Assembly: GCA_026770705.1 (NCBI GenBank)
Contig: JANJGN010000016.1
Coordinates: 85,994,001 to 86,058,000, forward strand
Source of the DNA: Isurus oxyrinchus
Taxonomy: Eukaryota
Length of the DNA stretch: 64,000 nucleotides
Reading direction: 5' to 3'
Positions 42,779 to 52,914 of the stretch are shown piece after piece. The notes under the pieces were generated by a model. It saw nothing but the letters and a program-made list of their open reading frames with translations, did not search any database and had not been told where the DNA came from. The first letter of the stretch is position 1; the number at the start of each line of letters is the position of its first letter. Both the position numbers and the translations under genes were made by a program.

Positions 42779-45520
42779 ATAAAATCATAGAAAGTTTCTG
42801 GCACTGAAAGAGACCACTCGGCCCATCATGTCTGTGCCACTGAAATACGAGCCGTCTGGCCGAATCCCACTTTCCAGCATTTGGTCTGTAGTCCTCCAGG
42901 TTAAGGCTCTTGAGGTTCATATCCAGACACCTTTTAAATGGTTTGAGTGTTCCTGCCTCTGTGATCCTTTCAGGCCGTGAGTTCCAGAGCCTCATCTCCC
43001 ATCTAATCTTTCTCCCAGTCACTATAAATTTAACTAATGATTTATACAGTTCCAGAATAAGCCCCATGCTCTTATATTTCAACAACCTTGTTTAAATCCA
43101 TGTAGACCACAGTGACTACTCTACCCTCATCAATCCTCCTTGTTGCTTCCTCAAAAAATTCAACAGATTATTCAGGCATGACCTTCCCTCATCAAATCCA
43201 TGCTGATGTCCTTGGTTAATCACTGCCTTTCTAAATGCCAGTTTATCCTGTCTGCAGAATTTATTCCAATTACTTGCCTACGACTGAGCTCAGGCTGTTT
43301 ACAGACTTGATTTTCCAGACAGGTTTCTCATAAGAAAGAGTGAACTTTATTTGCAGGGCTTCAGCAGCCGTTACACTTTTCCATCACATCCACAACTAAA
43401 CACAAAAAATTACCACCTCCCCACCCCCTGTCCCACTAAGGTTCCCCGCGCTTAGACTGATTCATTCACACTGTCACATGATACTACACAGCACAATAAG
43501 TCTTAAAGCTACAGTCACTACATTCCCTAAGACTACAGTCACTATGGACTGACTGGTCTGTAATTATTCGGTCTATCCCTCGCGCCCTTTTTAAACAAAG
43601 GTACAACATTATCAGACCTCCAATCCTCCGGCCCCTCACCTGTATCCTGTGAGGATTGGAAAATGAGTATCAGACCCTCCGCAATTTCCTCCCTGGTTTC
43701 TGTTAACAGCCTGGGACACATTTCACCCGGCCCTGGTGGTTTATCCACTCTCAAGGATGTGCATCCCCCTCATACTTCCTCTCTCCCTATGGCCATCACA
43801 TCCAATATTTCACACTCCTCCTCCATAACGACAATGTCTACACTGTTCTCTTTCTTTTGTGAAGACAAAGTATTCATTCAGAACCATACCCACATCCTCC
43901 CCCTCCTCACATAGGTTACCTTTTTGGTCTTTTATCAACCCAACTCTTCCCTTAGTTATCCTCTTACTCTGAATGTGTTGAGAAAGCATCTCTGAGTTCT
44001 CCTTGATTCTGCTGCCAATATTCTTTTGTGCTCTCTCTTTTCTTTCCTAATTTCCTTTTTGATTTCACTCCTACTCTTTCTACACTCTCAGTTTTCTGCA
44101 GTATTGAACTCCTGGTGTCAGACATAACCTTTCCTTTTCTGACATTTCTTACCCTGTAAGCTCCTTGAAATCCAAGGGGCTCTAGATTTGGCCATCCCCC
44201 CATTTTCTTTGTGTGAACATGTTTACTCTGAGCCCCTCGAATCTCCCCTTTGATTCCCTCCCACTGCTCCGGCACTGATTCACCTTCAAGTAACTGTTTC
44301 CTGTCCACTTTTGCTAAATCACTCCTCAGCTGTAAAATTGACCTTGCCCCCATTTAGAAATTTAACTCTTGGTTTTATCTTTGTCCTTTTCCATATTTAT
44401 GTTAAAACTATCTGAATTATGATCACTATCATCAAAATGCTCCCACACTGTCATTCCTTCCACTTGCCCAGCTTCATTGCCTGAAACTGAGTCCAGAACT
44501 GTACCCTGTCCTGTTGGACTTGCTCCATACTGGCTAAAAAAAGCTCTCCTGAATTCACATTAAGAATTCGGGTGCCTCCATTCCTTTCACACTAAAACTA
44601 TCCCAGTTAATATTGGGATTGATTAAATCTCCTAATATTATTGCCCAATTGTTTTTGCACTTCTCAGAGATTTGCCTACATATTTGCTCTTCTATCTGCC
44701 TCTGACTGTTTGGGGGTATATAGTTCACTCCCAGTTCTGTGTCTGCCCCTTTTTGTTCCTAAGCTCAATCCACATGGCCTCAAATGATGATCCTTCTAAC
44801 ATATCTTTGCTCCTTGCGGCTGCACTTGCCAAAATTGCCACCCCGCCTTGGTTTTTATCCCCCCCTCTATCTCACCTAACAACCCTGTAACCAGGAATGT
44901 TGAGCTGCTATTCCTGTCCCTCTTTTAGTCATGTTTCTGTAATCGCTATAATATCACACTGCTATCTGTGCCCTCAGCTCCTCTGTATGTCGTATGTAGC
45001 AAGTCCAACTCTCTTTGTTATTTTCTATCTTTTGTTTCCTCTGTCTTCCAGACTCACTCTGATTTTCTGCCCTCCATTACAGCTCTGATGTTGCCCCATC
45101 TGAGTCGACCCTCAGGTTCCCATCCCCCTGCCAAACGAGTTTAAACCCCCCAACAGCACGAGCAAACCTCCCCCAAGGATATTGGACCCAGGCCCATTGA
45201 GGTGCAAACCATCCGGCTTGTACAGGTCCCACCTCCTGTAGAACCAGTCCCAATGTCCCAGGAAACTGAACCCCTCCCTCCTACACTGTCTCTCCAGCCA
45301 CGTACTCATCAGCTCCAGCCTCCTTTCTCTATGCTCACTAGCTCATGGCACTGGCACTAACCGGGAGATTACTCCCTCTGAACTCTTGCGTTTTAATGAC
45401 TCACTTAGCTCTGTGAAATTTGCTTTCAGTGCCTCATCCCTCTTTCGAACAATGTCATTGGAAACAATGTGAACCACAAACTCTGGCAATTCACCCTCTC
45501 CCATTAAGAATGTCCAGCAG
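42779..45520 (-). mobile_element. Large decayed CR1 LINE: ORF1 SGNH-esterase remnant, endonuclease, RT and 3' end, with internal deletions and an insertion
   Basis: Minus-strand peptides VVHIVSNDIVRKRDEAL..VISRLVPVP and WLERQCRREGFSFLGHW..DGLHLN (CR1 ORF1 esterase), SDHN endonuclease motif (~44420), PEDWRSDNVVPLFKKG..NYRPVS (RT N-terminal side), and RLWNS..3' tail. Confidence 0.88.
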
Positions 45521-45575
45521 CCGTGATGGAGACGATGTGGTGTTTGAAACTCAGCCACTGGAGGTCCAGCAGTCC

Positions 45576-45838
45576 GGAGGCCCATGTTTACTGGTCCCTA
45601 TTGGAGGATACTTTGGGAAGGAGGCCCATGTTTACTGGTCCCTATTGGAGGGTCCAGTGGGAAGGAGGCCCATGTTTACTGGTCTCTATTGGAGGGCCCA
45701 ATGGGAAGGAGGCCCATGTTTACTGGTCTCTATTGGAGGCCCCAGTGGGAAGGAGGCCCATGTTTACTGGTCTCTATTGGAGGGTCCAGTGGGAAGGAGG
45801 CCCATGTTTACTGGTCCCTACTGGAGGGTCCAGTGGGA
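45576..45838. repeat. 44-bp minisatellite (GGAGGCCCATGTTTACTGGTCCCTATTGGAGGGTCCAGTGGGAA), about 6 copies
   Basis: Units start at 45576, 45620 and onward; this explains the overlapping ORFs at 45420-45915. Confidence 0.95.
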
Positions 45839-46564
45839 CATGGACACCATGGTCGATGTGGAGGACAGTTCCTTTCTGTTGTAAATGTGTGATCATCCAC
45901 CCCTCATCCCAGTAAAACACACTGACCCGGAGCCTGACCATGGTAGGGAGGGAGAGGCAAGGGATTCGAACATGGTTCTGAATGGACAGGATGGCTCAGT
46001 GGGTCAGAATCTGCCCTGTCCCTCCAGCTCACACTGATGGGGTGAGGGTCTCCTCTCTCTGCTGGGCCTTCATGAAATGAGGTTTGTGTCCAAACCAGTC
46101 CCCAGTGAGAATTGGCCAACAGCACAGAACTGCCCTTAATTTGACAATAATCTGTCAGTTTGACTGAGAGAGGCCAAAGCATGGTCAGTGTGGGGATTGG
46201 GGCCTTACTCCAGGAGAAGACATGCTTCTGGGGTCAAGGGTTCACATCCATTGGTGGGGCAGAGCAGAGGGAGTTTTACCCTTCATTTCACTGCGTTCTC
46301 CCTGGGAGACTGTGGGAAAGAGAGAGCGAGGTGGAGACTGTGAGACTGAGCGAGAGAGAGAGGGAACATTTAACTGCTGCACCAGGACTCAAAGTGTTCC
46401 AACCTCCAGTAATAACGCCTGTTATAGAGTCAGTTAGAGAATTCCAGAACAATGGAGGGTGGGAGAGAGAGAGACTGAAAGTCAGAGAGTGAGAGATGGA
46501 GGGAGAAAGTTGGAGAAAGAGACAGACAGAGGGAGGGATAGAGAGGCAGAGGGAGAGAGTTGAA

Positions 46565-46661
46565 GAGGAAGTGAAAGGTGCTGACGTGGTTCTCTCTGGG
46601 TGATACCATTTACATACTGAGGAACAGCCAGTGAGACTCTGACAGGCTGCAGCATTATAAA
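46565..46661 (+). promoter_or_regulatory. Ig light-chain V promoter: Ets-IRF composite GAGGAAGTGAAA (46565-46576), TGACGTGG (46582-46589), variant octamer ATTTACAT (46608-46615), TATAAA (46656-46661)
   Basis: The octamer-like motif is in light-chain orientation (ATTTGCAT, 7/8 match), 40 bp upstream of a TATA box that lies about 60 bp upstream of the leader ATG. Confidence 0.75.
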
Positions 46662-46721
46662 GCTGAGCCCAGTGAAGGGAGAGTTTATCAGTGACCAGGC
46701 ACAGGGACAGGAGCAGACACC

Positions 46722-46770
46722 ATGATTTCAGCCATCCAGCTGATCTGGCCTCTGGCATTCTGCATCGCAG
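46722..46770 (+). CDS. Ig kappa-type light chain leader exon, MISAIQLIWPLAFCIA(G)
   Basis: Kozak context CACCATG, hydrophobic signal peptide, phase-1 donor CAG|GTACAA at 46771; splices in frame to V across a 186-bp intron. Not in the ORF track. Confidence 0.95.
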
Positions 46771-46956
46771 GTACAAATCTCTCTCCTTCCACCGTGAATA
46801 TTTTCCTGCTCTCCATTTCCAGCCAATTCGACTGACCTGTGATTGAAGGGAAAATGCTGAAAGCAGAGGAACGGTCACTGTCTCTAACAATATCTCATTT
46901 TACAGGCTCTTTGTGTGACAGTTCTTACTTCACACTGTTTCTCTATTACCCCTCAG

Positions 46957-47248
46957 GTATCAGTGGGGACATCACCATGACCCAGTCTCCCCTGGTGTCA
47001 GTGAGTCTGGGCCAGACCGCCACCATCACCTGTACGGCCAGTCAGTCTGTTAGCTATGTGAGTTGGTACCAGCAGCGAGAAGGACAGAAACCGACTCTCC
47101 TGATCTATGCTGCAACAACTCGATTCACAGGAACATCCGAGCGATTCACCGGCAGTGGATCTGGCACTCAATTCACCCTGACAATCAGCAATGTACAGAA
47201 TGAGGATGTCGCTGATTATTACTGTCAGCAAGGTTCCAGCTACCCCTA
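46957..47248 (+). CDS. IGKV: Germline Ig kappa-type V segment: [55 protein letters not shown]
   Basis: Acceptor CCTCAG|GT at 46956/46957; both Ig cysteines, [17 protein letters not shown] and D-x-A-D-YYC are present; no stop codons; followed by a 12-RSS. Resembles shark kappa (type III/NS4-like) V regions as I recall them. Confidence 0.96.
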
Positions 47249-47276
47249 CACAGTGATACAGAGCCTGACAAAAACC
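47249..47276 (+). other. 12-spacer recombination signal sequence of V
   Basis: CACAGTG + ATACAGAGCCTG (12 bp) + ACAAAAACC: perfect consensus heptamer and nonamer. V-12/J-23 is the kappa configuration. Confidence 0.99.
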
Positions 47277-47281
47277 TCAAT

Positions 47282-48563
47282 ACACACAGCACCATCTCCT
47301 GAACTGACACATCCCACAGTTATATAGAATATATAATAATGGACACACATTCCCACTTCCTGTACTGACACAACTCACAGTTATATAGAATATATAATAA
47401 TGGACACACAGTCCCACCTCCTGTACTGACACATCCCACAGTTATATAGAATATATAATAATGGACACACAGTCCCACCTCCTGTACTGACACATCCCAT
47501 AGTTATATAGAATATATAATAATGGACACGCAGCACCACCTCCTGTACTGACACATCCCACAGTTATATAGAATATATAATAATGGACACACAGTCCCAC
47601 CTCCTGTACTGACATATCCCACAATTATTTATAATATATAATGATGGACACACAGTCCCACCTCCTGTACTGATACATCCCACAGTTATATAGAATATAT
47701 AATAATGGACACACAGTCCCACCTCCTGTACTGACATATCCCACAATTATTTATAATATCTCATGATGGACACACAGTCCCTCCTCCTGTACTGATACAT
47801 CCCACAGTTATATAGAATATATAATAAAGGACACACAGCACCATCTCCTGTACTGATACATCCCAATTATATAGAATATATAATAATGGACACACAGCTC
47901 CACCTCCTGTACTGATACATCCCACAGTTATATAGAATATATAATAATGGACACACAGTCCCACCTCCTGTACTGACATAGCCCACAATTATTTATAATA
48001 TATAATGATGCACACACAGTCCCACCTCCTGTACTGATATATCCCACAATTATTTATAATATATAATAATGGACACACAGTCCCACCTCCTGTACTGACG
48101 TATCCCACAATTATTTATAATATATAATGATGGACAGACAGTCCCACCTCCTGTACTGATACATCCCACAATTATATAGAATATATAATAATGGACACAC
48201 AGCTCCACCTCCTGTACTGATACATCCCACAGTGATATAAAATATATAATAATGGACACACAGTCCCACCTCCTGTACTGATACATCCCACAGTTATATA
48301 AGAATATATAATAATGGACACACAGCTCCACCTCCTGTACTGATACATCCCACAGTTATATAGAATATATAATAATGGACACACAGTCCCACCTCCTGTA
48401 CTGACATATCCCACAATTATTTATAATATATAATGATGGAAACACTGTCCCACCTCCTGTACTGACAGATCCCACAGTTATACAGAATATATAATAATGG
48501 ACACACAGTCCCACCCCCTGTACTGACACATCCCACAGTTATATATAATATATAATAATGGTC
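47282..48563. repeat. 61-bp minisatellite in the V-J interval (GGACACACAGTCCCACCTCCTGTACTGACACATCCCACAGTTATATAGAATATATAATAAT), about 21 copies
   Basis: Read directly; begins 5 bp after the V nonamer. Confidence 0.97.
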
Positions 48564-48688
48564 ACTTTACCTCTTACCCTCCATGTCCACATATGAAGAG
48601 CAGCTGAAAGATTTATCAGATAAAATCAGGATTCTCAACTCTTGGAACAAAAAAAGACATTGAGAGGAAGAGAGAGGAAAAGGGCGAG

Positions 48689-49757
48689 AGTTAAAGGTGA
48701 GTGTGAGTGAGAGACAGAGGGTGAGAGTGAGTTAAAGGTGAGTGTGAGTGAGAGACAGAGAGAGGGTGAGAGTGAGTTAAAGGTGAGTGTGAGTGAGAGA
48801 CAGAGAGAGGGTGAGAGTGAGTTAAAGGTGAGTGTGAGTGAGAGACAGAGAGGGTGAGTGTGAGTGAAAGGTGAGTGTGAGTGAGAGACAGAGAGAGGGT
48901 GAGAGTGAGTTAAAGGTGTGTGTGAGTGAGAGACAGAGAGAGGGTGAGAGTGAGTTAAAGGTGAGTGTGAGTGAGAGACAGAGAGAGGGTGAGAGTGAGT
49001 TAAAGGTGAGTGTGAGTGAGAGACAGAGAGAGGGTGAGAGTGAGTTAAAGTTGAGTGTGAGTGAGGGACAGAGAGAGGGTGAGAGTGATTTAAAGGTGAG
49101 TGTGAGTGAGAGACAGAGAGAAGGTGAGAGTGAGTTAAAGGTGAGTGTGAGTGAGAGACAGAGAGAGGGTGAGAGTGAGTTAAAGGTGAGTGTGAGTGAG
49201 AGACAGAGAGGGTGAGTGTGAGTGAAAGGTGAGTGTGAGTGAGAGACAGAGAGAGGGTGAGAGTGAGTTAAAGGTGTGTGTGAGTGAGAGACAGAGAGAG
49301 GGTGAGAGTGAGTTAAAGGTGAGTGTGAGTGAGAGACAGAGAGAGGGTGAGAGTGAGTTAAAGGTGAGTGTGAGTGAGAGACAGAGAGAGGGTGAGAGTG
49401 AGTTAAAGTTGAGTGTGAGTGAGGGACAGAGAGAGGGTGAGAGTGATTTAAAGGTGAGTGTGAGTGAGAGACAGAGAGAAGGTGAGAGTGAGTTAAAGGT
49501 GAGTGTGAGTGAGAGACAGAGAGAGGGTGAGAGTGAGTTAAAGGTGAGTGTGAGTGAGAGACAGAGAGAGGGTGAGAGTGAGTTAAAGGTGAGTGTGAGT
49601 GAGAGACAGAGGGTGAGAGTGAGTTAAAGGTGAGTGTGAGTGAGAGACAGAGAGAGGGTGAGAGTGAGTGAAAGGTGAGTGTGAGTGAGAGACAGAGAGA
49701 GGGTGAGAGTGAGTTAAAGGTGAGTGTGAGTGAGAGACAGAGAGAGGGTGAGAGTGA
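48689..49757. repeat. 45-bp purine-rich minisatellite (GTTAAAGGTGAGTGTGAGTGAGAGACAGAGAGAGGGTGAGAGTGA), about 24 copies, with a 358-bp higher-order duplication
   Basis: 15-codon periodicity in the ORF track; ORF starts at 48871 and 49229 are 358 bp apart and share variants. Confidence 0.97.
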
Positions 49758-49778
49758 CTGAATGAAGCAGAGAGCTGA

Positions 49779-49817
49779 GGTTTTTGTACAGCCCCTGCAC
49801 TGGAATCTCTCAGTGTG
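49779..49817 (-). other. 23-spacer RSS of J
   Basis: GGTTTTTGT (49779-49787) + 23 bp + CAGTGTG (49811-49817). The nonamer is perfect and the heptamer is 6/7 with the critical CAC retained. Confidence 0.97.
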
Positions 49818-49852
49818 GGTTACATTCGGTAAAGGAACCAAACTCAGACTGA
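49818..49852 (+). CDS. IGKJ: Ig light-chain J segment, VTFGKGTKLRL(S)
   Basis: FGxG motif after the 23-RSS; perfect phase-1 donor A|GTAAGT at 49853. Not in the ORF track. Confidence 0.97.
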
Positions 49853-50563
49853 GTAAGTAAACCCCAATCCTCCCTTATTAACCCTTTCAATACTGAAACT
49901 TTCTCAAACACTAATGCTGAATAGTTGAAGGCGTTAGTGAGGAGCTGCAGTGAATGAAATGGTTCAGCGAACAACCCTGTATATAACAAGGTGCCCAGCT
50001 GTATTTCTTTCATTACATTCCCCCCTTTAAGCAGCAAGATAGAAATAACCAACTTTTACCCACCGTCTAGAGGAGATCTGGACGTTTGCAGACTGTGCTG
50101 ACATTGCTGCACCATGGACTGAAATCACTCACTAGACTCCTGTCAGCCTCAGTGTGACAGACACGGGCAGAGTTTGATATGAGCTCCGGCTCCCTCTCAC
50201 AGTCTCTGATATAACTGATCACAGCACCAGCACAGTGAGACACCGAGGTCCCACCTCCCCCAGCTTGAACTCTGCTCTCTCCACTCCCTGGTTGTCTCTT
50301 GGCAAATTTCTGATGACAAACAGGTAGAGCAGGGCCCACAATCCAGTGGCTTCAGTGTTCCAGGGTTTCGGGGAGACTCTCCGTTTCCCCCGAATGTTGA
50401 AATGTCACCCTCTAGACTCCAGGCCTCCCGGAATCTGCTCTCCATCTCTCTCCTGAACACACTGTCTCTGACTGGGGAACAGCTCCACCCTCCCCAAGTG
50501 GGCTCATTCCTCCAAGTGTGAGGCGGGAGGGTGAACATGACAGGCTATTGGACCGTGAGATGT

Positions 50564-50960
50564 CGGCCGTGCCTCAATGGGTAGCACTCTCCCCTCAGAG
50601 TCACAATGTTGTGGGTTCAAATCCCACTCCAGAGACTTGAGCACATAATCCAGGCTGAGACCCCAGTGCGGTATTGAGGGAGGGCAGCACTGTCAGAGGA
50701 GCCGTCTTTCTGATGAGACAAACTGAGGTCTGCCCTCTCAGGGGGATGTCAAATATCCCACGGCGCTGTGAGAAGAAGAGCAGGAGAGTTCCCCCGGATT
50801 TCCTGGACAATATTTATCCCTCAATCTGCATCACTACACATCCGATTATTTGGTCATTGTGAATCCGCTATCTGGGATCTTGCTGTGCACAGTTGGCTGT
50901 GGAACAATCTGGGACATCCTGAGGTGGTTATAGGTACCATTGAAATGCAAGCCTTTCTTT
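50564..50960 (+). mobile_element. tRNA-headed SINE with a Deu-domain-like core (DeuSINE/SacSINE1-like) in the J-C intron
   Basis: Pol III A/B-box-like head (GGTTCAAATCCC), central GTCTTTCTGATGAGAC..ATCCCACGGC..GAAGAAGAGCAGG..AATATTTATCCCTCAA, and an AAATGCAAGCCTTTCTTT tail. Family assigned from recall. Confidence 0.8.
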
Positions 50961-51109
50961 GAAGTTGGAGATTCCTGATGCTGACCCTGTGAGGTGCCAT
51001 TGACCTCGCACTGACCCTGTCTGACCCCCAGACTCTGAGACTAATTGAAGCCTCACCATTAACGTCACCCAATGCTGGCCGGCAAGGTTTGAAATGAAAT
51101 CTAGAACCT

Positions 51110-52590
51110 TCTACACCCAAAGCTGTTTCCTCAATACATTAAGAGTAAGGGGATAACTAAGGGCGAGTAGGGCCCATAAAAGACCAAAAAGGTAACCTAT
51201 GTGAGGAGGGGGAGGATGTGGGTATGGTTCTGAATGAATACTTTGCGTCTGTCTTCACAAAAGAAAGGGAACAATTAGACATTGTTGTTATGGAGGAGGA
51301 GTGTGAAATATTGGATGTGATAAACATAGGGAGAGAGGAAGTAGGAGGGGGATTAGCATCCTTGAGAGTGAAATGTGCCCCAGGCTGTTATCAGAAACCA
51401 GGGAGGAAATTGCGAAGGGTCTGACCCTTATTTTCCAATCCTCACTAGATACAGGTGAGGTGCCGGAGGATTGGAGGTCTGATAATGTTGCACCTTTGTT
51501 TAAGCCAAATAATCACAGGGCAATCACTGTGTCCTCGTTGGTGGTCAAATAATTGGAATCAATTCTGATGGGCAGGATAAACTGTCACTTAGAAAGGCAC
51601 AGATTAATCCAGGACAGTCAGCATGGATTTGATAAGGGAACGTCATGTCTGACTAATTTGTTGATCTTTTTTGAGGAAGTAACAAGGAGAATTGATGAGG
51701 GTAGTGTAGTTGATGTTATCTACATGGATTTTAGCAAGGTTTTTGAGAAGGTTCCACATGGCAGACTGGTTAATAAAATAAAAGCCAATGGGGTCCATGG
51801 GAATCGGACCCGTTGGATACAAAATTAGCTCAGTGGCCAGGAACAAAGGGTAATTATTGATGGTGTTTTTGTGACTGGAAGGCTGTTTCCAGTGTGTTTC
51901 TGCAGGGCTCAGGCCTAGGTCCCCTGCTTTTTGTGTGTATATTATTGATTTGGACATAAATGTAGGGGATTGATCAAGGAGTTTACAGGTGACACAAAAA
52001 TTGGCTGCATTGTAGATAACAAGGAGGATTGTTGTAGGCTGCAGGAAGATATCAATGGACTGGTCAGGTGGACAGAAAAGTGGCAAATGGAATTCTCCCC
52101 AGAGAAGTGTGAGGTGATGCATCTGAGGAGGTCAAACAAAGCAAAGGAATAAACAATAAATGGGAAGATACTGAGAGGTGTAGAGGAAGTGAGGGACCTT
52201 GGGGTGAATGTCCAGACTCCTGAAGGTAGCAGAACAGGTCGATAAGGTGGTTAAGAAGGAACATGGAATCCTTTCAATCATTAGCCGAGGTATAGAGCAA
52301 GGAGGTTATGCTGGAACTGTATAAATCATTAGTTAAATTTATAGTGACGGGGAGAAAGATTAGGTGGGAGATGAGGCTCTGGAACTCACGGTCTGAAAGG
52401 GTCACAGAGGCAGGAACACTCAAACCATTTAAAAGGTGTCTGGATACGAACCTCAAGAGCCTTAACCTGGAGGACTACAGACCAAATGCTGGAAAGTGGG
52501 ATTCGGCCAGACAGCTCGTATTTCAGTGGCACAGACATGATGGGCCGAGTGGTCACTTTCTGTGCCAGAAACTTTCTATCATTTTATTCT
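51110..52590 (+). mobile_element. Decayed CR1 LINE (RT region and 3' end)
   Basis: Peptides VLNEYFASVFTKE, DSQHGFDKGTSCLTNLLIFFEEVT..VIYMDFSKVFEKVPHGRL, FTGDTKIG (decayed FADD), WQMEFSPEKCEVMHL and RLWNS. Confidence 0.92.
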
Positions 52591-52914
52591 ATGACACCCA
52601 ATCTGAATCCTTTCTGAAGTGGGTTGATCCAAGTGTGCTCCAACATTCTGGGATAAAGTTCTCTCGATGTGTGTGTGATCTGAGGATTGTTAATGTGAAC
52701 CTGTTTCCCCCGGACAGGCTGATCAATAGTCAGAGCTTCCTGACAGCTTAACAGTGTCTTCGAGGGACACTGAGTCTTTAAACACTCTTACTATTAACCA
52801 TTTCAGTGCTGAATTTGTGGTAACCCTCTTTACAAATGTCTAAGTAACAGCCCAATATGATTTAACCAGCTTAACATCAAACATTTACCTCCTGCCACTC
52901 AATTAATTTGAAAC

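Noticed and set aside
43290-43540. Possible solo LTR inserted in the CR1 copy
   Set aside because: The sequence is foreign to CR1, but I could not identify convincing termini or a target-site duplication by eye.
46839-47327. ORF-track 162-aa V ORF (and the 169-aa C ORF at 55351) as full proteins
   Set aside because: Their N-termini are intronic read-through; splice sites and RSS define the true exon limits.
48822-49841. 339-aa Ser/Leu/His-rich ORF and the overlapping plus-strand ORFs
   Set aside because: These are translations of the 45-bp minisatellite.
51493-51531. CACTGTG with a T-rich 9-mer 23 bp upstream as a second J RSS
   Set aside because: The nonamer matches only 5/9, the site lies inside a CR1 fragment, and no FGxG J sequence follows.
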